A DNA stretch of 64,000 nucleotides. Source: Octopus vulgaris (taxonomy: Eukaryota). The position numbers were made by a program, and so were the translations under genes. The notes below the pieces were generated by a model that was not told the origin of the DNA, made no database searches, and saw only the letters and a program-made list of their open reading frames with translations. Positions within the stretch are counted from its first letter, which is position 1; every line of letters begins with the position of its first letter. The DNA is taken from the NCBI GenBank assembly GCA_951406725.2, contig OX597814.1, forward strand, positions 169,136,001 through 169,200,000, in the 5' to 3' direction. Of the stretch, positions 60,719 to 64,000 are shown in pieces.

Positions 60719-62883
60719 TATGTTTGACTTTTGCTTTATATTTGTACAAGTTGGCTCCAAGTCTCACCCAGAGACCTCAAGAGACAACAGGTTGGAAGTT
60801 CATGTTGTTGTTATGCCTAGTGTGCCATATATTTGGGGGGCAGTTTTTGGTGTTGTACTAATGAATGTCTAAAAAAATAAATAAATAAATAAATAAATAA
60901 AAATAAAAATTTTTTTTTTTTCCTTTCTCTTAAAAACCGAAAATTATGTTTGTTTTAAACCTTGAGATTACATAGAAAGTATTTTGCGTAGGATATGAGC
61001 AGTTCCCATGAGCACTATCTTTTGAATTTCTGCCATTTTTGGGTTTCCTGGTATCTGAGTTAGGTAGCTATCAGCCCCTTTTGCTATCATTCCCAGGGCA
61101 CCTATGACAACAGGTAATGTTTTAGTCTTCAGGTTCCACATTTTGCTGATTTCTATTTCAAGATCTTTATACTTGCTCAGTTTTTGGTAGGTCTTGACAC
61201 ATACGTTTATATCGATTGGGACAGTCATATCAATGAGGAGGCATGTTCTTTGTTTGAAGTCTTTCAATATGATATCTGGCCTATTTGCATCTATCTTTCT
61301 GTCAGTTTGAATGGTGAAGTTCCAGAGGAGTGAGATGTGGTCATTTTCAAGCACTGGGGGTGGTTTGTGTTCCCACCAGTTTTTTTCATGGGGCAAATCC
61401 AAGTTTTTGCAGATTACCCAGTGAATATATTGTGCAGCTCTATCGTGTCTGTTGAGATACTCTGTAGGCGCTAGAAGACTGCACTTGGAGACCACATGGT
61501 CAATGGCTTCATTTTGTTGCTGGCATACACGACACGTTGGACTACTTCTGATCTTTAATATGTTGGCCAGGTAGTTTCTTGTTGGTAGGCTTGAGCTGCT
61601 ATGATAAACCCCTCTGTTTCAGATTTTAAGCCAGAGGCCTTTAGCCATTGATGGGTCAGGGCTTTGTCAACATCTGCATTATTTGGGTATTTGCCATAGA
61701 GAGGTTTTTCTTGCCATTTATCATTCAGAATATCTAAGGCCGCAGATTTAGCACGGGTTTTCATGCGCTTAGCTTTTTCTGTGCCTGTTTCTTGTATGTC
61801 TATCTCTAATTCCGAAATTTGTTGTATTCGGAATTCACTTAGATATTCCATTGCCTATTTTGTTACTGAGTATGATGCTTTCTTGTTTTCATGTTTTGAG
61901 ACAAGTTTTAACATCCAGTCCTCAGAGTTTTTCAGGTAGGTGTCTAGGCCAATTGTAGCAATCTTCATTGTTACTGCCAGTTGAAAAGTCCACGGCCTCC
62001 CTCTTTTCTTGGCAGATAAAGTCGTTCTGTATCTGCCTTAGGGTGGTGCATTCTATGCATTGTCAACAGTTTTCGTATATTCCTGTCAAGATTACATATT
62101 TCAGTAATTGACCAGTTAACGATATTGAAACTGTAAGTCACAACTGGTATGGCCAATGCATTGATCGCTTCGATCCTGTTTCTCGCATTCAGCTCTGTCT
62201 TGAGTATTGCTCTTACTCTGCGATAACATTCTCTCCTGATCCTTTCCTTCATCTCTGAATGCCTTATTCCTTCTCCTTCAATTACCCCTAGATACTTGTA
62301 GTTCTCTGCTGGGTCTAATTCTTTTATGACATTCTGCTGGTCAAGGTTAACATTAGATGTTTCTGTAATTTTTCCTTTGATAAAGGTAGCTTTTGCACAC
62401 TTATCGAGGCCAAATTGCATTCTGATGTCATCACTGAATTGTTTGACAATCGCTAGTAAGGCCTTGAGTTGTTGGTCATTTTTTGCAAAGAGCTTTAAAT
62501 CATCCATGGAAATGAGATGATTTATATTTTTATCAAACATTTTATACCCGTACTGCGCATCATTGAGCAGTTTTGAGAGAGGTATTAAGGCTAAACAGAA
62601 GAGGAGTGGTGATAGTGAGTCACCCTGGAAAATGCCACATGAAATTTTTACATCACTAGCATTTAGAGATTCATTGTCACTGTTCAAAGTTAGTGTGGTT
62701 CTCCATGATCTCATACTTACAGACAAAAAGTTTCGCAGAGCAGGTGCTATCTTATACATTTCTAGGCATTTCTTAATCCAGCTATGTGGTAGGCTATCAA
62801 AAGCCTTTTTATAGTCTATCCAGGCTATCGATAAGTTTTTGTGTCGTTTGTAACAATCTTCTAAGATCATCTTATTGATGAGT
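60718..62883 (-). mobile_element. 5'-truncated R4/Dong-type RLE non-LTR retrotransposon in (TAA)n
   Basis: RT, CCHC knuckle and restriction-like endonuclease, followed by a 250 bp 3' UTR. Long (TTA)n tracts on both sides. Confidence 0.92.
60968..62883 (-). pseudogene. Frameshifted RT-RLE ORF
   Basis: AWIDYKKAFDSLPH, GIFQGDSLSP, SMDD (expected YMDD), YKYLG, LYLPRKEGGRGL, CRVC-x8-H-x4-C, RHD, RPDI, IDMTVP, KLSKY. Split over three ORFs. Confidence 0.92.
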
Positions 62884-62945
62884 ATTATTATTATTATTAC
62901 TATTATTATTACTATTATTATTATTACTATTATTATTATTATTAC

Positions 62946-62999
<54 letters not shown>

Positions 63000-63620
63000 T
63001 ACTATTATTATTGTTATTGTTATTATTATCATTATTTTGTATTTCTCTCCAGTTTAGTTAAATTCCTTTCTAACCATTATCTCTTTCTCATTCACACATC
63101 AATAGATTAGTGCAACTGGTTGCTACTTTAAAGAGATTGAATGTCTGCTTGCTTGTTTTTAAGACTGGGAACATAGTTTTTTTTCTTGCCATTCTCAGAG
63201 TTGTGGCTAATGTTATTCTGGAAATTGAGGATTGCTGTCTTGGATGGTTTCTATTGCTTCCTCTTCTTGTTTTCTTGCCCAGTCTTTCTAGTTCTTCAAG
63301 GCAGAAGGCTCTGACGTGGCTCTTACTATGATGACCTGTGTATCAATGAAGCTATTTTCCCCTTCGCCATTCATCTCAACACTTTCAACAATGGCATTGT
63401 GGTCTAGGGTATCATTAGAACTTGCAAATCTATTTTGATGCCATTTAGCTCCATATCACCTGTCACCAGTCCAGCTAAAATCACCTGCTCATACAGCAAT
63501 ATAAAAATGATGACCAGCCATTGTTTTACATTATTTTCAATGTCCTCTTCTCATTACCCTTGTATTTTTCTACCCCATACACTGGAGTACAAGATAATCA
63601 GTCCTTATATTTTTTGTGTA

Positions 63621-64000
63621 CCATAAATCCTCGAGTATAATCTGCAATTTTTTCCCCAAAATTTGAAGTTCAAAATCCCTAGTGCATACTATATATGAGG
63701 TTAAAAATGAAAAATATTTTCTAAGCAATGTCTGAGTCTCTAATTGCTGTCCAACAATGTTTATTCAGACACATTTTGTGATGTTGGGCGCGAAAATACC
63801 TTAAGCTAAGCCTGAAAGCAATGAAGTCATAAAAGAATCATCCATAACTTGCAGTAAGTGACATTTATTAAATGTTATTACTGTTATTTCTTTATTTTCT
63901 GCAAACAAAAATGCACACGTTTGCATTATGTTATATATAAAATAATAATAAAGGATGTTACTGTATACATTTTTACAAATCAGGGACGTTATATAGACCT
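63621..64000. mobile_element. pogo/Tigger-type MITE, left part
   Basis: TA-CCATAAATCCTCGAGTATAA terminus with an inverted subterminal TACTATATATGAGG. Right end not seen. Confidence 0.45.

Noticed and set aside
63100-63500. Possible decayed RTE C-terminus on the minus strand (GKKTRRG)
   Set aside because: Similarity too weak to call without a profile search.

Overview
AT-rich, microsatellite-dense metazoan DNA. The SINE, LINE and microsatellite profile suggests a coleoid cephalopod (Octopus-like), which is an inference. I can recognise no host protein-coding gene, rRNA, genuine tRNA or CRISPR array; the window looks intronic or intergenic and is mostly transposon-derived. Non-LTR retrotransposons: a young, 5'-truncated RTE LINE (29051-32951, minus) has an uninterrupted RT ORF with a PHD-like Cys/His insert and a 3' end amplified into six tandem ~311-339 bp units. 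Five R4/Dong-type RLE retrotransposon copies are present, four of them stacked pairwise in (TAA)n tracts. There are CR1 fragments and dozens of tRNA-derived SINEs that share modules. DNA transposons: remnants or MITEs of piggyBac, hAT, pogo, mariner and Tc1, plus a non-autonomous Helitron flanked by an unusual ~75 bp duplication. Other structure: four minimal type-I hammerhead-ribozyme motifs of the Penelope-associated kind, several long foldbacks, and a 2.6 kb inversion with a 420 bp breakpoint duplication that splits a SINE. Family labels A, B, D, E, F and G are my own working names. Coordinates of decayed repeats are approximate, and identity figures are estimated by eye.
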